Shown piece by piece: positions 1 through 9,143 of a DNA stretch of 63,382 nt. Each line of letters starts with the position of its first letter. Position 1 is the first letter of the stretch. Source of the DNA: an uncultured Candidatus Actinomarina sp. (GTDB lineage Bacteria; Actinomycetota; Acidimicrobiia; Actinomarinales; Actinomarinaceae); assembly GCA_902593475.1 (NCBI GenBank), contig CACJIM010000006.1:1-63382 (forward strand), in the 5' to 3' direction. The notes under the pieces were generated by a model. The model was not told the origin of the DNA. It worked only from the letters and a program-made list of their open reading frames with translations, and did not search any database. Made by a program: the position numbers and the translations under genes.

Positions 1-1069
1 TTTTCAGAGTATCTTCAAACAATTCAGGTTCTAATAAAAATGAATCGTGTCCTTTTATTGAGTTAATAGTTGTATATTTAGTGTTAATTTCGTGATTATT
101 TAAAACTGCTAAAAAATCTTTTTGTTCATCAGGATAAAAACAAACATCTGAATCTACCGATATCACTAATGTCTCAATATCTTTTAATTTATTTAAATCT
201 TCTTGTTCAATTTTAAAATTTTGCCAACCCTTAATAATCGAAAGGTATGATTCTGGTGTAAACCTTTCTATAAACTTTTCACCTTGATGCATCATGTATG
301 ACTCTTGAGGCGTAGAAAGAAATCCTTTTATTAAGTCATCATCATATAGGGTTTCACTTTTTGCTCTATTGGAAAGCAACTCTAGAGATATATATGTTTT
401 ATGAGCAACCATTCTTGCAAGTGATAAATATTCATTATTGCGATTATTTGATTCTCTTCCTAAATCTAAAATATATGCTTGTTCAAGATTGTGAAGAGTT
501 TGGAGTGTAGAAAGCTTATATCCACTTGAAATAGAAATAAGTTTATTTACATACTCTGGATATATTGTACAAAACTCAAGTGCCATTAACCCACCTATAG
601 AGGGACCAATAACAGCTTCTAAAGACTTAACATTTAAATAATCTAAAAGTAATTTTTGTGATATCTCAATATCTTTAAATGAAACTGATGGAAAATCATA
701 ACCATACTTTTCATTTGAGCTGTTATTAATAGAACTTGGACCGGTGGAACCGTAACAACCTCCTAAATAATTTGCACAAACAACAAAATATCTGTTTGTA
801 TCAATTATTTTATTAGGACCAACAAAGCCGTCCCACCACCCTGTTTCTAATTCTTCATTCCAGGGTATATCGGGATTATCTAGTTGTTGATAGCTGCCAG
901 CCAGCATGTGACTTCCAGTAAGTGCATGAAAGACAAGAATTGCGTTATCTCTGCTCTCTGAGAGTTTTCCCTCAGTTGTGTATGCAATCTCTACATTCTC
1001 TAATAATTCACCTGAATCAAGTTTGAATTGTGGAATGTAAAACTTGCTTGAATTACTTTGTGCTTTCAA
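1..1069 (-). CDS. metX: Homoserine O-acetyltransferase (3' end runs off window; absent from ORF track)
   Basis: Manual translation from TTG at 1069 (overlaps metY stop): MKAQSNSSKFYIPQFKLDSGELLENVEIAYTTEGKLSESRDNAILVFHALTGSH...GWWDGFVGP...NYLGGCYGSTGP...GPSIGG...IKGHDSFLLEPE. Confidence 0.9.
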   Translation of the reverse strand, partial: MKAQSNSSKFYIPQFKLDSGELLENVEIAYTTEGKLSESRDNAILVFHALTGSHMLAGSYQQLDNPDIPWNEELETGWWDGFVGPNKIIDTNRYFVVCANYLGGCYGSTGPSSINNSSNEKYGYDFPSVSFKDIEISQKLLLDYLNVKSLEAVIGPSIGGLMALEFCTIYPEYVNKLISISSGYKLSTLQTLHNLEQAYILDLGRESNNRNNEYLSLARMVAHKTYISLELLSNRAKSETLYDDDLIKGFLSTPQESYMMHQGEKFIERFTPESYLSIIKGWQNFKIEQEDLNKLKDIETLVISVDSDVCFYPDEQKDFLAVLNNHEINTKYTTINSIKGHDSFLLEPELFEDTLK

Positions 1070-2333
1070 GTGCTTGGGTTAAGTCTTCAATGATATCCTC
1101 AATATCTTCAATACCAATTGATAACCTAACAAGTTCAGGTGGTGCGCCTGCTGCAACAAGTTGCTCATCGTCAAGTTGTGAGTGTGTAGTAGAAGCAGGA
1201 TGTATAGCTAGAGATCTAGTATCTCCAACATTTGCAACGTGTCTGAACATTTTAAGGTTGTCTATAAACTTCTGACCAGCATCTTTTCCACCTTTAATAC
1301 CAAACACAACCATTGTTCCCCCTGTGCCTTTGAGATATTTTTCTGATAACTCATAAGCAGGATCATCTTTTAATCCGGGAAATCTTACCCATTCAACAAG
1401 TTCATGATTAGATAAATACTCTGCTGCTTTTATTGCATTTTCACAGTGTCGTTCCATTCTTAGACCTAATGTTTCAAGACCGCTCAAAACTTCAAAAGCA
1501 GTTTCAGGACCCATGTTTGCTCCAAGGTTTCTTAGAGGAACTGTTCTCAGCCTCAATGAATAAGCAACATTTCCTAAATCACCTAAGTCATGACCCCATC
1601 TCATGCCACCGTAACTGGTATCTGGCTTGTCATATAATGGAAAGTTTCCATTGCCCCAGTCAAAACCTCCCTTTTCAATTACTGCACCAGCAATAACCCT
1701 TCCGTGACCGGACATCCATTTTGTCAATGAGTAAACAACAATATCTGCTCCATATTCAAAGGGCTTTAATATAGCTGAAGTAGTAAATGTTGCATCAACA
1801 ATTAATGGTATTCCTTTCGAATGTGCGATCTCAGATAGGGCTGATATGTCAGCAACAACTAAACCTGGGTTTGTAATTGTTTCACAATATATCGCTCTAG
1901 TTTTGTCGTCTATCGCATTTTCAACTGCTGCTAAATCAGTAATATCAACTTTTTTTGAATCAATACCGTATTCAGGAAGAATATTGTCAAACATTGTGTA
2001 AGTTCCACCATAAAGTTGGTTAGCAGTAACAAAATTATCCCCTTGACTCATAATATTTATAAGTGAATACATTACTGCAGATGTTCCTGATGAAAGAGCA
2101 ACACACATAGCGCCGTCTTCTAGTGCGGTAAGCCTGGCTTCAAGTGCTCCAACTGTAGGATTGCCTAGTCTGGAATATATATTTCCAAACTCTTTTAAAC
2201 CAAATAAATTTGCAGCATGCTCTGTATTGTTAAATTGATATGCTGTTGTTTTATATATAGGAACAGTTATCGAACCTTCTGCATCTGCATCTGAATCCCA
2301 ACCTGCATGTATTAGCTTAGAATTAAATTTCAT
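1053..2333 (-). CDS. metY: O-acetylhomoserine aminocarboxypropyltransferase/sulfhydrylase
   Basis: PIYKTTAYQF, YSRLGNPT, PLP lysine in SLTKWMSGHG, HVANVGDTRSLAIHPASTTH; next to metX. Confidence 0.92.
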   Translation of the reverse strand: MKFNSKLIHAGWDSDADAEGSITVPIYKTTAYQFNNTEHAANLFGLKEFGNIYSRLGNPTVGALEARLTALEDGAMCVALSSGTSAVMYSLINIMSQGDNFVTANQLYGGTYTMFDNILPEYGIDSKKVDITDLAAVENAIDDKTRAIYCETITNPGLVVADISALSEIAHSKGIPLIVDATFTTSAILKPFEYGADIVVYSLTKWMSGHGRVIAGAVIEKGGFDWGNGNFPLYDKPDTSYGGMRWGHDLGDLGNVAYSLRLRTVPLRNLGANMGPETAFEVLSGLETLGLRMERHCENAIKAAEYLSNHELVEWVRFPGLKDDPAYELSEKYLKGTGGTMVVFGIKGGKDAGQKFIDNLKMFRHVANVGDTRSLAIHPASTTHSQLDDEQLVAAGAPPELVRLSIGIEDIEDIIEDLTQALESTK

Positions 2334-2336
2334 TTT

Positions 2337-2448
2337 TTCTCCTTAAATTTGGAGAAGATTTTGACTACTTAGTTGCATTGCTGCCACATCTTCAAGCACC
2401 TTGGATAGTCTTCCAGGTTGCCGAGGTCTTTACCTTCTCTTTATGTTC
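2337..2448 (-). promoter_or_regulatory. SAM-I/IV variant riboswitch upstream of metY, with translational expression platform
   Basis: Minus strand ACAUAAAGAG..GGCAACC..AGGUGC..GAUGUGG core; loop GACUA (2410-2406) complements downstream UAGUC (2367-2363); UUCUCC can sequester SD GGAGAA; TATAAT at 2459-2454. Confidence 0.85.
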
Positions 2449-2478
2449 CTTAAATTATATCAAATGATTTAAATATTT

Positions 2479-3567
2479 TTAAATATTTTCTATATTTTCC
2501 CAATTTCTATCTGAATGTCCAAAATGAGAAAATAAAGTATCTTTTCTGTAATCTACGTTGGTTAAATTTAGCCTTTCAATAATAGCTCCAGGTTTCATGT
2601 CAAACTTATCAACAAAATCATCTAATTTGCTTTGTTCAACTTTAAGTGTGTCAAAAGTCTCTATTGTAAGCTCATACGGATCAGCTTTGCCAATTGCATA
2701 CGACACTCTGACTAAACAATCGTCAGCTAATTTGTGTGCAACAATATTTTTTGCTAAATGTCTGGCAGCATAAGCAGCTGATCTATCAACTTTACTCGGG
2801 TCTTTTCCTGAAAATGCTCCTCCACCTACTGGTACAGATGGGCCATAAGCATCAACTACTATTTTTCTACCTGTAAGCCCAGTGTCGCCAGCTGGTCCTC
2901 CCTTGACGAATGATCCAGATGGGTTCAAATCTAGCTCAAATTCAGATTCAACGTTACTAGCAACAATTTCAGAGACCTCTTCAAATAATTTCTTCATATC
3001 AATATCTTTATTGTGCTGGGTTGATACTACAACTTTTGTTTTTTCTCCTCCACTAGTTACCTGAACTTTTGAATCAAGATCAAGCATCTCGTCTGAGTTC
3101 TGAAGATCCCATAAAGATTTTTGTATATTTCTGGACATATCAAACGTTGGAGGCATAAATGATTTTGTTTTGTTGGTTGCAAATCCTACCATTATTCCTT
3201 GATCACCAGCACCTTGATCTTCATCGTCTTCAACAGCAGCTCGAATTTCTTCAGATTGTGGTGTTAATTCGTTATATATTGATAGATTTTCTAAATCAAA
3301 ATCTTCAAAGCTAGTCTTGATAGTTATTTTCAGTGCTTCTTTGACAATTTCAATAACATCATCAGTAGATATTGCTGCGATTTCACTGATTTCTCCTCCA
3401 ACGAGTACTAAACCACCATTCTTAGTTCCGGTAAGAAAAGTCTCAACTGCTACTCTTGACGAACTATTGTTTTCTAGAGCCTTTGTTAACACATAATCAG
3501 ATATTAAGTCCGCAATTTTATCTGGGTGTCCTGGAGACACTGTTTCAGCGGTTACATATTTTGTCAA
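2479..3567 (-). CDS. metK: S-adenosylmethionine synthetase
   Basis: GHPDK, GAGDQG, GGGAFSGKDPSKVDRS; TTG start with GGAGG SD. Confidence 0.97.
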   Translation of the reverse strand: MTKYVTAETVSPGHPDKIADLISDYVLTKALENNSSSRVAVETFLTGTKNGGLVLVGGEISEIAAISTDDVIEIVKEALKITIKTSFEDFDLENLSIYNELTPQSEEIRAAVEDDEDQGAGDQGIMVGFATNKTKSFMPPTFDMSRNIQKSLWDLQNSDEMLDLDSKVQVTSGGEKTKVVVSTQHNKDIDMKKLFEEVSEIVASNVESEFELDLNPSGSFVKGGPAGDTGLTGRKIVVDAYGPSVPVGGGAFSGKDPSKVDRSAAYAARHLAKNIVAHKLADDCLVRVSYAIGKADPYELTIETFDTLKVEQSKLDDFVDKFDMKPGAIIERLNLTNVDYRKDTLFSHFGHSDRNWENIENI

Positions 3568-3599
3568 TTAAATCCTCCATAGTTATTTAAGCAAGTTTT

Positions 3600-3684
3600 A
3601 GAACGCCAATTTTTGTTGTCTAACCACATCAAAAAGCACCTTAGTTGGCAACTAGGTTGCTGAGGTATTCCTCTCTCTATGCAT
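3600..3684 (-). promoter_or_regulatory. SAM-I/IV variant riboswitch upstream of metK
   Basis: Minus strand GCAUAGAGAG-AGG-AAUA-CCU-CAGCAACC..AGGUGC..GAUGUGG; loop GCCAA (3649-3645) complements UUGGC (3609-3605). Confidence 0.85.
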
Positions 3685-3765
3685 TTAATATGGTAATTAA
3701 AATAAAATAATTTTCAATCAACAGACAAAGAAAACTTTAAATAATTCTTTAGCTAATCTTTAACT

Positions 3766-4944
3766 ATGGTTACTGATACTAAAAAAATATTAGGTCTTTT
3801 ATTATCAGTTGGATTTTCATCAATTGGGTTTATAGCTGCAATAACTGTTACAGTCTTAGCTGCAAGAGAGGTCTCAAGTAACCCTTTATTTCTTGGATTT
3901 CCAAATGCTGTGGGTGTTGGTGGTGCATTTCTTGGAACCCAAATGTTTTATAAAATTTCGAAAAAATATTCCAGACTTGCCGCATTATCCTTGACATTTT
4001 TTGTAGGAGCTGTTGGGAGTATTGTGCTATTTTACAGTCTTATTATTGACTCTTTCATTTTATTGATGATTGGCGCACTAATACTCGGATTTGGACAATC
4101 TGCAACACTTCAATCTAGGTATGCTGCTTCATTTGTAGCAAGCGAAAAGTTTAAAGCTACAGCATTATCCCTCGCGGTTTGGTTTTCTGTGTTTGGATCA
4201 GTTTTTGGACCAAGATTAGTTAGTTTGTACTCTGACTATTTTGAGAATTTATTTAACTCTGAGTTAATTGTTGGTTATATAGTCGCAATGGTTGGTATGC
4301 TTTTTGCTTCTGCATCAGTTTTGACGTTTACTTCTTCGAATAGTTCACTCCGAGAACCAGCAGAAGTTGAAGAAGTTGCAGAGAAAGCAATTGTATCAAA
4401 AAAAGATGGTAATATTTTAACACTGCTTTTAGTACTCAATCACTTCACAATGGTTGTAATTATGTCAGCAACCCCTCTCCACGTAAAAGATATTGGCGAA
4501 ACAGTTGAATTAGTGGGGGTAATTATCAGTTACCACACTCTAGGTATGTTTTTACTCTCACCTATATTAGGAAATTATGTTGACAAATATGGATACAAAA
4601 GTTTTACATATATTGGTACTGGGATTTTATTCATGAGCTGTTTAACAACATTTTTTGATTCCGGACCACTTGCACTAAAAATAGGTCTTTACTTGCTTGG
4701 ATTAGGTTGGAACTTCAATTATGTGGCAATCAGTGCAGCTATTTCAAAATTTTCGATAAAATTTAAAACACCTTTAAACATTCGAAGCGATTCTTATGTG
4801 TTCCTCGGAAGTTTTATAGCTCACACAACCTTAGGACTCTCTTATTTATTAATTGGATATAGAGGATTAGTAACAGTAGGAATGCTTGTGAGTATATATT
4901 TGTTCTTAAATTTAAAGAAGTTAAATAAACTAGATATTGACTGA
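3766..4944 (+). CDS. MFS transporter
   Basis: About 12 hydrophobic segments; DKYGYK loop motif; HTLGMF. Confidence 0.8.
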   Translation: MVTDTKKILGLLLSVGFSSIGFIAAITVTVLAAREVSSNPLFLGFPNAVGVGGAFLGTQMFYKISKKYSRLAALSLTFFVGAVGSIVLFYSLIIDSFILLMIGALILGFGQSATLQSRYAASFVASEKFKATALSLAVWFSVFGSVFGPRLVSLYSDYFENLFNSELIVGYIVAMVGMLFASASVLTFTSSNSSLREPAEVEEVAEKAIVSKKDGNILTLLLVLNHFTMVVIMSATPLHVKDIGETVELVGVIISYHTLGMFLLSPILGNYVDKYGYKSFTYIGTGILFMSCLTTFFDSGPLALKIGLYLLGLGWNFNYVAISAAISKFSIKFKTPLNIRSDSYVFLGSFIAHTTLGLSYLLIGYRGLVTVGMLVSIYLFLNLKKLNKLDID

Positions 4945-5547
4945 ATGAATGCTGATTTCACCTCAGAAGAGAAATTTTTAATTAAAAGAGATAAAGTTTT
5001 ATCAAAAGTAATTAAAACTAATGGACCCATAAAATTCGCAAAGAGTAAAAAAGATCCTTTTGATACTTTTGTAGACATAATTATTTCACAATTCATCTCT
5101 ACCCTTGCTGCCAAGAGCATTAAGGAAAAAATGTTGGAAAATTTTAACGAAAAAATGTTTAAAGTAGAAAACTTTGAAAAACTTAGCGTTATACAAATTA
5201 GAAATTTAGGATTAAGCCTCAACAAAGCCAAATCAATTAAAGCAGTGATCGGTTGGCTTGAAATGCAATCGATGAAAAATTTTTTTAATCTCACTCAGGT
5301 GGAAAGAGAAAAGTCATTATTAAAAATTTTTGGAATAGGTCCTTGGAGTGTTGATATGTTTGAAATGTTTTGCATTCGCAATAAGAATATTTTTTCTTAT
5401 GGAGATGCTGCTTTAAGACAAGCAATGATTCAGCTTAAAATGGTTGACAAAGATGCAACTCAAAAACAATTCGAAAACTATGCAGAAAAATGGGGTCCTT
5501 ACAAAACCCATGCTTGTTTACATTTGTGGGAGATGATTGAGTCTTAA
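4945..5547 (+). CDS. DNA-3-methyladenine glycosylase II (AlkA-family HhH-GPD)
   Basis: IISQFIS, HhH motif LKIFGIGPWS, catalytic Asp in YGDAAL, WGPYKT. Confidence 0.85.
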   Translation: MNADFTSEEKFLIKRDKVLSKVIKTNGPIKFAKSKKDPFDTFVDIIISQFISTLAAKSIKEKMLENFNEKMFKVENFEKLSVIQIRNLGLSLNKAKSIKAVIGWLEMQSMKNFFNLTQVEREKSLLKIFGIGPWSVDMFEMFCIRNKNIFSYGDAALRQAMIQLKMVDKDATQKQFENYAEKWGPYKTHACLHLWEMIES

Positions 5548-6812
5548 ATAGTAACTTTAACGTCCTCAATTGGGTGAGGAATAGGAGTAGGTCTAATATT
5601 TAAACTTTTGTCAATGGAAGGCTGCTCAACATTCTGAACGTACTTATAAATTACATTTTTAAACATATAGCTAGCAAAAAACTTTCCAATACAAGTGTGC
5701 GCTCCACCAGCAAAAGGGAAATAAGCCTTATTCGTATAAGTTGGATCTATAAACCTATACGGATCAAATACTGATGGATTATCCCAATACCTTTCATCAT
5801 GGTGAAGCAACAAAGGACTTATAGTTAAATAAGTACCGCCGTCTACGTTGTAGCCTCCAATTTTTGTATCTCTCATAACTCTTCTTATTGAAAATGGTAC
5901 TGGTGGATAATATCTGATCGCTTCTTGAAAAATTGATTCCGCAAAATTTCCATTTTTAAGTGATGAAATATCCAGTGGATCAACTTCAGAAGCTTCCTGT
6001 CGAAGATCATTTAAAAAATCTGGATTTTTTGAGAGATTATAAATTGAATTGGTAAGTGTTATGGTCGTTGTGTCATGAGCTGCAAGTAGTAAAAAAATCA
6101 TATGTTCTGCAATTTCATGATTACTTAGCCCTGCATCTCCCTTGTTTGTGTTAACTAATTCTGCAAATAGTGTTTTTTTACTTTCATCATCAATCATTTG
6201 TGACTTTGACTCAAAATAATCGAGTAAATATTCTCTTGCCTTGAGTCCCTTTTTCAACTGTGTGAATGGAAGAGGCCATCGAACAGCTGATGTAGCAGAT
6301 GCAATAGAATCCATAAAAAGATTGTTTAGCTTTTGAGATTCATCGTTTTTTACATCTAGAAAAAATAAACTCAAAGATATATCGAACATTAATTGTTTTA
6401 TGGATTCATACAAATTAAAGGTTGTTTTAGTTTTTATGCTTTCTACCCAGGTATCAATAATTGGTTGGATGATTGAAAGGTAATTATGAATTGCATCGTG
6501 CCTGAAAGAGTCTTGAAGAAGGGTTCGGTGATATTTATGATCATCAAAGTCTCGAAGCATAAGTCCGTTTTCAAATGTTGGACCAAGGGTGACTGCCCAT
6601 CCTTCTTTAGAAGAGAAATTGTCATCCTTATCTAGAAAGACTTCCTTTGTAATTTCTGGAGTCAAAAGAACTATAAAATTTTCGTTTAGCAGTGAAATCT
6701 GAAATATATCTCCATATTTTTTCTGCTTTTCAGCTGTAAAATTTAGCGCATTTCTTTGAAATGGTATAGAGTGGCCAATTATTGGTAAACCAGGAACTTT
6801 AGGTATTTCCAT
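5544..6812 (-). CDS. Cytochrome P450
   Basis: I-helix AAHDTT, ExxR (EAIR), FDPYRF, heme motif FAGGAHTCIG. Confidence 0.95.
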   Translation of the reverse strand: MEIPKVPGLPIIGHSIPFQRNALNFTAEKQKKYGDIFQISLLNENFIVLLTPEITKEVFLDKDDNFSSKEGWAVTLGPTFENGLMLRDFDDHKYHRTLLQDSFRHDAIHNYLSIIQPIIDTWVESIKTKTTFNLYESIKQLMFDISLSLFFLDVKNDESQKLNNLFMDSIASATSAVRWPLPFTQLKKGLKAREYLLDYFESKSQMIDDESKKTLFAELVNTNKGDAGLSNHEIAEHMIFLLLAAHDTTTITLTNSIYNLSKNPDFLNDLRQEASEVDPLDISSLKNGNFAESIFQEAIRYYPPVPFSIRRVMRDTKIGGYNVDGGTYLTISPLLLHHDERYWDNPSVFDPYRFIDPTYTNKAYFPFAGGAHTCIGKFFASYMFKNVIYKYVQNVEQPSIDKSLNIRPTPIPHPIEDVKVTI

Positions 6813-6861
6813 ATTTGTATTTTACAACTTATTAAAGTGGTTGAAAAGATTGTTCATCAAA

Positions 6862-7686
6862 TTATAAAATAAACTCATCTAAATCATTACCAACAATTAT
6901 TTCGCCGTCGTAATACTGAGATATTTCAGCTTTTAGACTTTCCTCATCAAATACTGGCGGAACGAAATGATTTAATATTAGCTTTTTTACATTGGCTGCT
7001 TGAGCTAAAGTTCCAACATCTTCTGGTGTGGAATGATACTCTTTTACATTTACTAATGTATCTTGTGTCATTCTTTTATCATCAAAATTAAGACTCACAA
7101 AAACCTCATGTATTAAATAATCTGCATCTTTTGAAGCCTCTTCCAAATTTATACTGTACCGTGTATCTCCTGAATAAGTTATTTTTTTATCATCTACAAA
7201 AACTTGATACCCATATGCTGGCTCAACAGGCTGATGTTGTACCTCAATGCTTGTTATTTTTATACCCATTGATTCGTAAACAAATTCTTTTTCAATTTCA
7301 GTAATCTCAATATCTAAACCTTCATGGTTAGGTCTTTTCTCCCAGTCAACTCTTAGATTTAGTTCATCTGAATATGCTTCAACAGTTTTATCAAAAAACT
7401 TTTTTATACCCTTTGGGCCAACAATTTTAAATGGCTTAGTTCTTCCAGTATGCCACCCTGAAATATAAAGTTGATATAAATCAACAATATGGTCTGAGTG
7501 AAGATGGGTAATTAAGATGACATCTATTTCCGATGGAGCTAACCCAAACTCACTTAATCTTTGTGTTACTCCAGAACCAGCATCTATCAATATTTTTTGT
7601 TTTTCTGTAGAGATTAAAGTGCTTGGTCCATAGCGAATGTGGCTTGGGCTAGGACAGCCTGTACCAAGTAAAACAATCCTATTCAT
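6862..7686 (-). CDS. RNase Z/AtsA-like metallo-beta-lactamase-fold hydrolase
   Basis: LLGTG, THLHSDH, YSGDT, HE, YHST, LNH. Confidence 0.85.
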   Translation of the reverse strand: MNRIVLLGTGCPSPSHIRYGPSTLISTEKQKILIDAGSGVTQRLSEFGLAPSEIDVILITHLHSDHIVDLYQLYISGWHTGRTKPFKIVGPKGIKKFFDKTVEAYSDELNLRVDWEKRPNHEGLDIEITEIEKEFVYESMGIKITSIEVQHQPVEPAYGYQVFVDDKKITYSGDTRYSINLEEASKDADYLIHEVFVSLNFDDKRMTQDTLVNVKEYHSTPEDVGTLAQAANVKKLILNHFVPPVFDEESLKAEISQYYDGEIIVGNDLDEFIL

Positions 7687-8548
7687 TTGAACCTGAATTT
7701 ATTGTTAGATTGCTTAATACTATTTGAGGTCTCATGCCCGAACTTATCTCTCGCATTGCGGTTTCAAGTTTCAAAATAAAATCATAATAATCTTGATCAA
7801 GGTTTTCTTGGATAATTAATGAACTTCCTAAATAAGTAAGACTTTCTATTAAAACAGAGTTTGGAGTTATATATCTGGTTTCATCAAAATTAGAAACGAA
7901 TTCATTTATTGTGTTGAGAAAAATTTGGTAGCGTTTTATTCTTTCTGATTCAGTTTCATTAATATCCTTTAGATCCTGTGTAGCTTCTTGTAGTTTTTCA
8001 ACTAAGTTTTTTTCTATATCCAAATTTAAATATGTACCATCTAAAAATTTTTCGAAATCTAAAGTTGAAAAATCAAATTTAATTTCATTCTCAGATTCAA
8101 GAAATATTGTCCTACATCTACTTTTTATCGTAGACAAAATTGTGTTTTGAGAATCATCTCGTGCATGTGACCAAAACTTACCAGAAGATAAAATAATAAA
8201 AATACTTCTACTTGAAGGCTCTTCGATAGTTTTAAGTAATGCATTTGATGCTTCTTCGGTTAATGACTTTACGGGAGGAAATATTACTACTTTATATCTA
8301 CCCTCAATAGGTGAGAGGCTATCTTTATTAATAACATCTCTAATATCTTCAACCCCTAAAGTGTTTAGATTTTCAGAATCTATAACCTTGATATCAGGGT
8401 GTTCAGCATAATCTTTTGAATCAAAAGCTAATAACATTGCAAACATTTTTGCTTGTTTAACTAACTCAGATGAAAAATTCGAAAATAACAAATAGGAATG
8501 AAATGGTGATTCTACTTCTTGTAATAATTTTTTATTTATTGTTGTCAA
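7679..8548 (-). CDS. holB: DNA polymerase III delta' subunit (reduced)
   Basis: HSYLL, HPD, ASNALLKTIEEP, TIKSRC; directly downstream of tmk. Confidence 0.8.
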   Translation of the reverse strand: MTTINKKLLQEVESPFHSYLLFSNFSSELVKQAKMFAMLLAFDSKDYAEHPDIKVIDSENLNTLGVEDIRDVINKDSLSPIEGRYKVVIFPPVKSLTEEASNALLKTIEEPSSRSIFIILSSGKFWSHARDDSQNTILSTIKSRCRTIFLESENEIKFDFSTLDFEKFLDGTYLNLDIEKNLVEKLQEATQDLKDINETESERIKRYQIFLNTINEFVSNFDETRYITPNSVLIESLTYLGSSLIIQENLDQDYYDFILKLETAMREISSGMRPQIVLSNLTINSGSNE

Positions 8549-9143
8549 TTTCTAACCAGTTACAAATGGCCTCAATGTTTACTTCGATATCATTTTCTGC
8601 ATTCAAAATTAAAAAGCTATCTTTAAACTCTTCTGCAAGTTTTAAATATCCTTTACGCACTTTTTGAAAGAATTCTTCTTTGTCGCTTCCAATCCTGTCT
8701 GCTACTTGTTGTCTTGAAAGTGAAACTTCTGGATCTATATCAAGAAGAACAACTCTTTCAGGCCAGTTGGATTGTATTGAGATATCGTTTAATTGATATA
8801 TTTTTTCATATCCAAGACCTCTCCCTTCTCCTTGATATGCAACCGAAGAATAAGCGCTTCTGTCTGACAAAACCACCACACCATTATTAAGAGATGGGAG
8901 AACTACTTCTTCGATCAACTGAGATCTTTGAGCACAGAACAATAGTGCTTCAGCGAGTGGGTTAACTTGATAGTCGTGACTTAATAATAACTCTCTAATG
9001 CCCTCTCCTACGGATGTTCCACCAGGTTCTCTCACAATTGTATGTTCTTTGTTTTGAGAGTTTAAGATATCTGAAAGATTTTCAATAATGCTGGTTTTAC
9101 CAGATCCATCAATTCCCTCAAAGGCTATGTAATTAGAATTCAT
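8532..9143 (-). CDS. tmk: Thymidylate kinase
   Basis: FEGIDGSGKT, REPGG, DRSAYSSVAYQG. Confidence 0.96.
   Translation of the reverse strand: MNSNYIAFEGIDGSGKTSIIENLSDILNSQNKEHTIVREPGGTSVGEGIRELLLSHDYQVNPLAEALLFCAQRSQLIEEVVLPSLNNGVVVLSDRSAYSSVAYQGEGRGLGYEKIYQLNDISIQSNWPERVVLLDIDPEVSLSRQQVADRIGSDKEEFFQKVRKGYLKLAEEFKDSFLILNAENDIEVNIEAICNWLEIDNNK

Noticed and set aside
4942-4975. MFS stop TGA directly followed in frame by the alkA-like ATG, with a weak hairpin after it: possible Sec readthrough fusion
   Set aside because: Zero-gap in-frame junctions also occur with TAA (21604/21605, 32639/32640, 54249/54250); both proteins are complete and the position is not a redox site.
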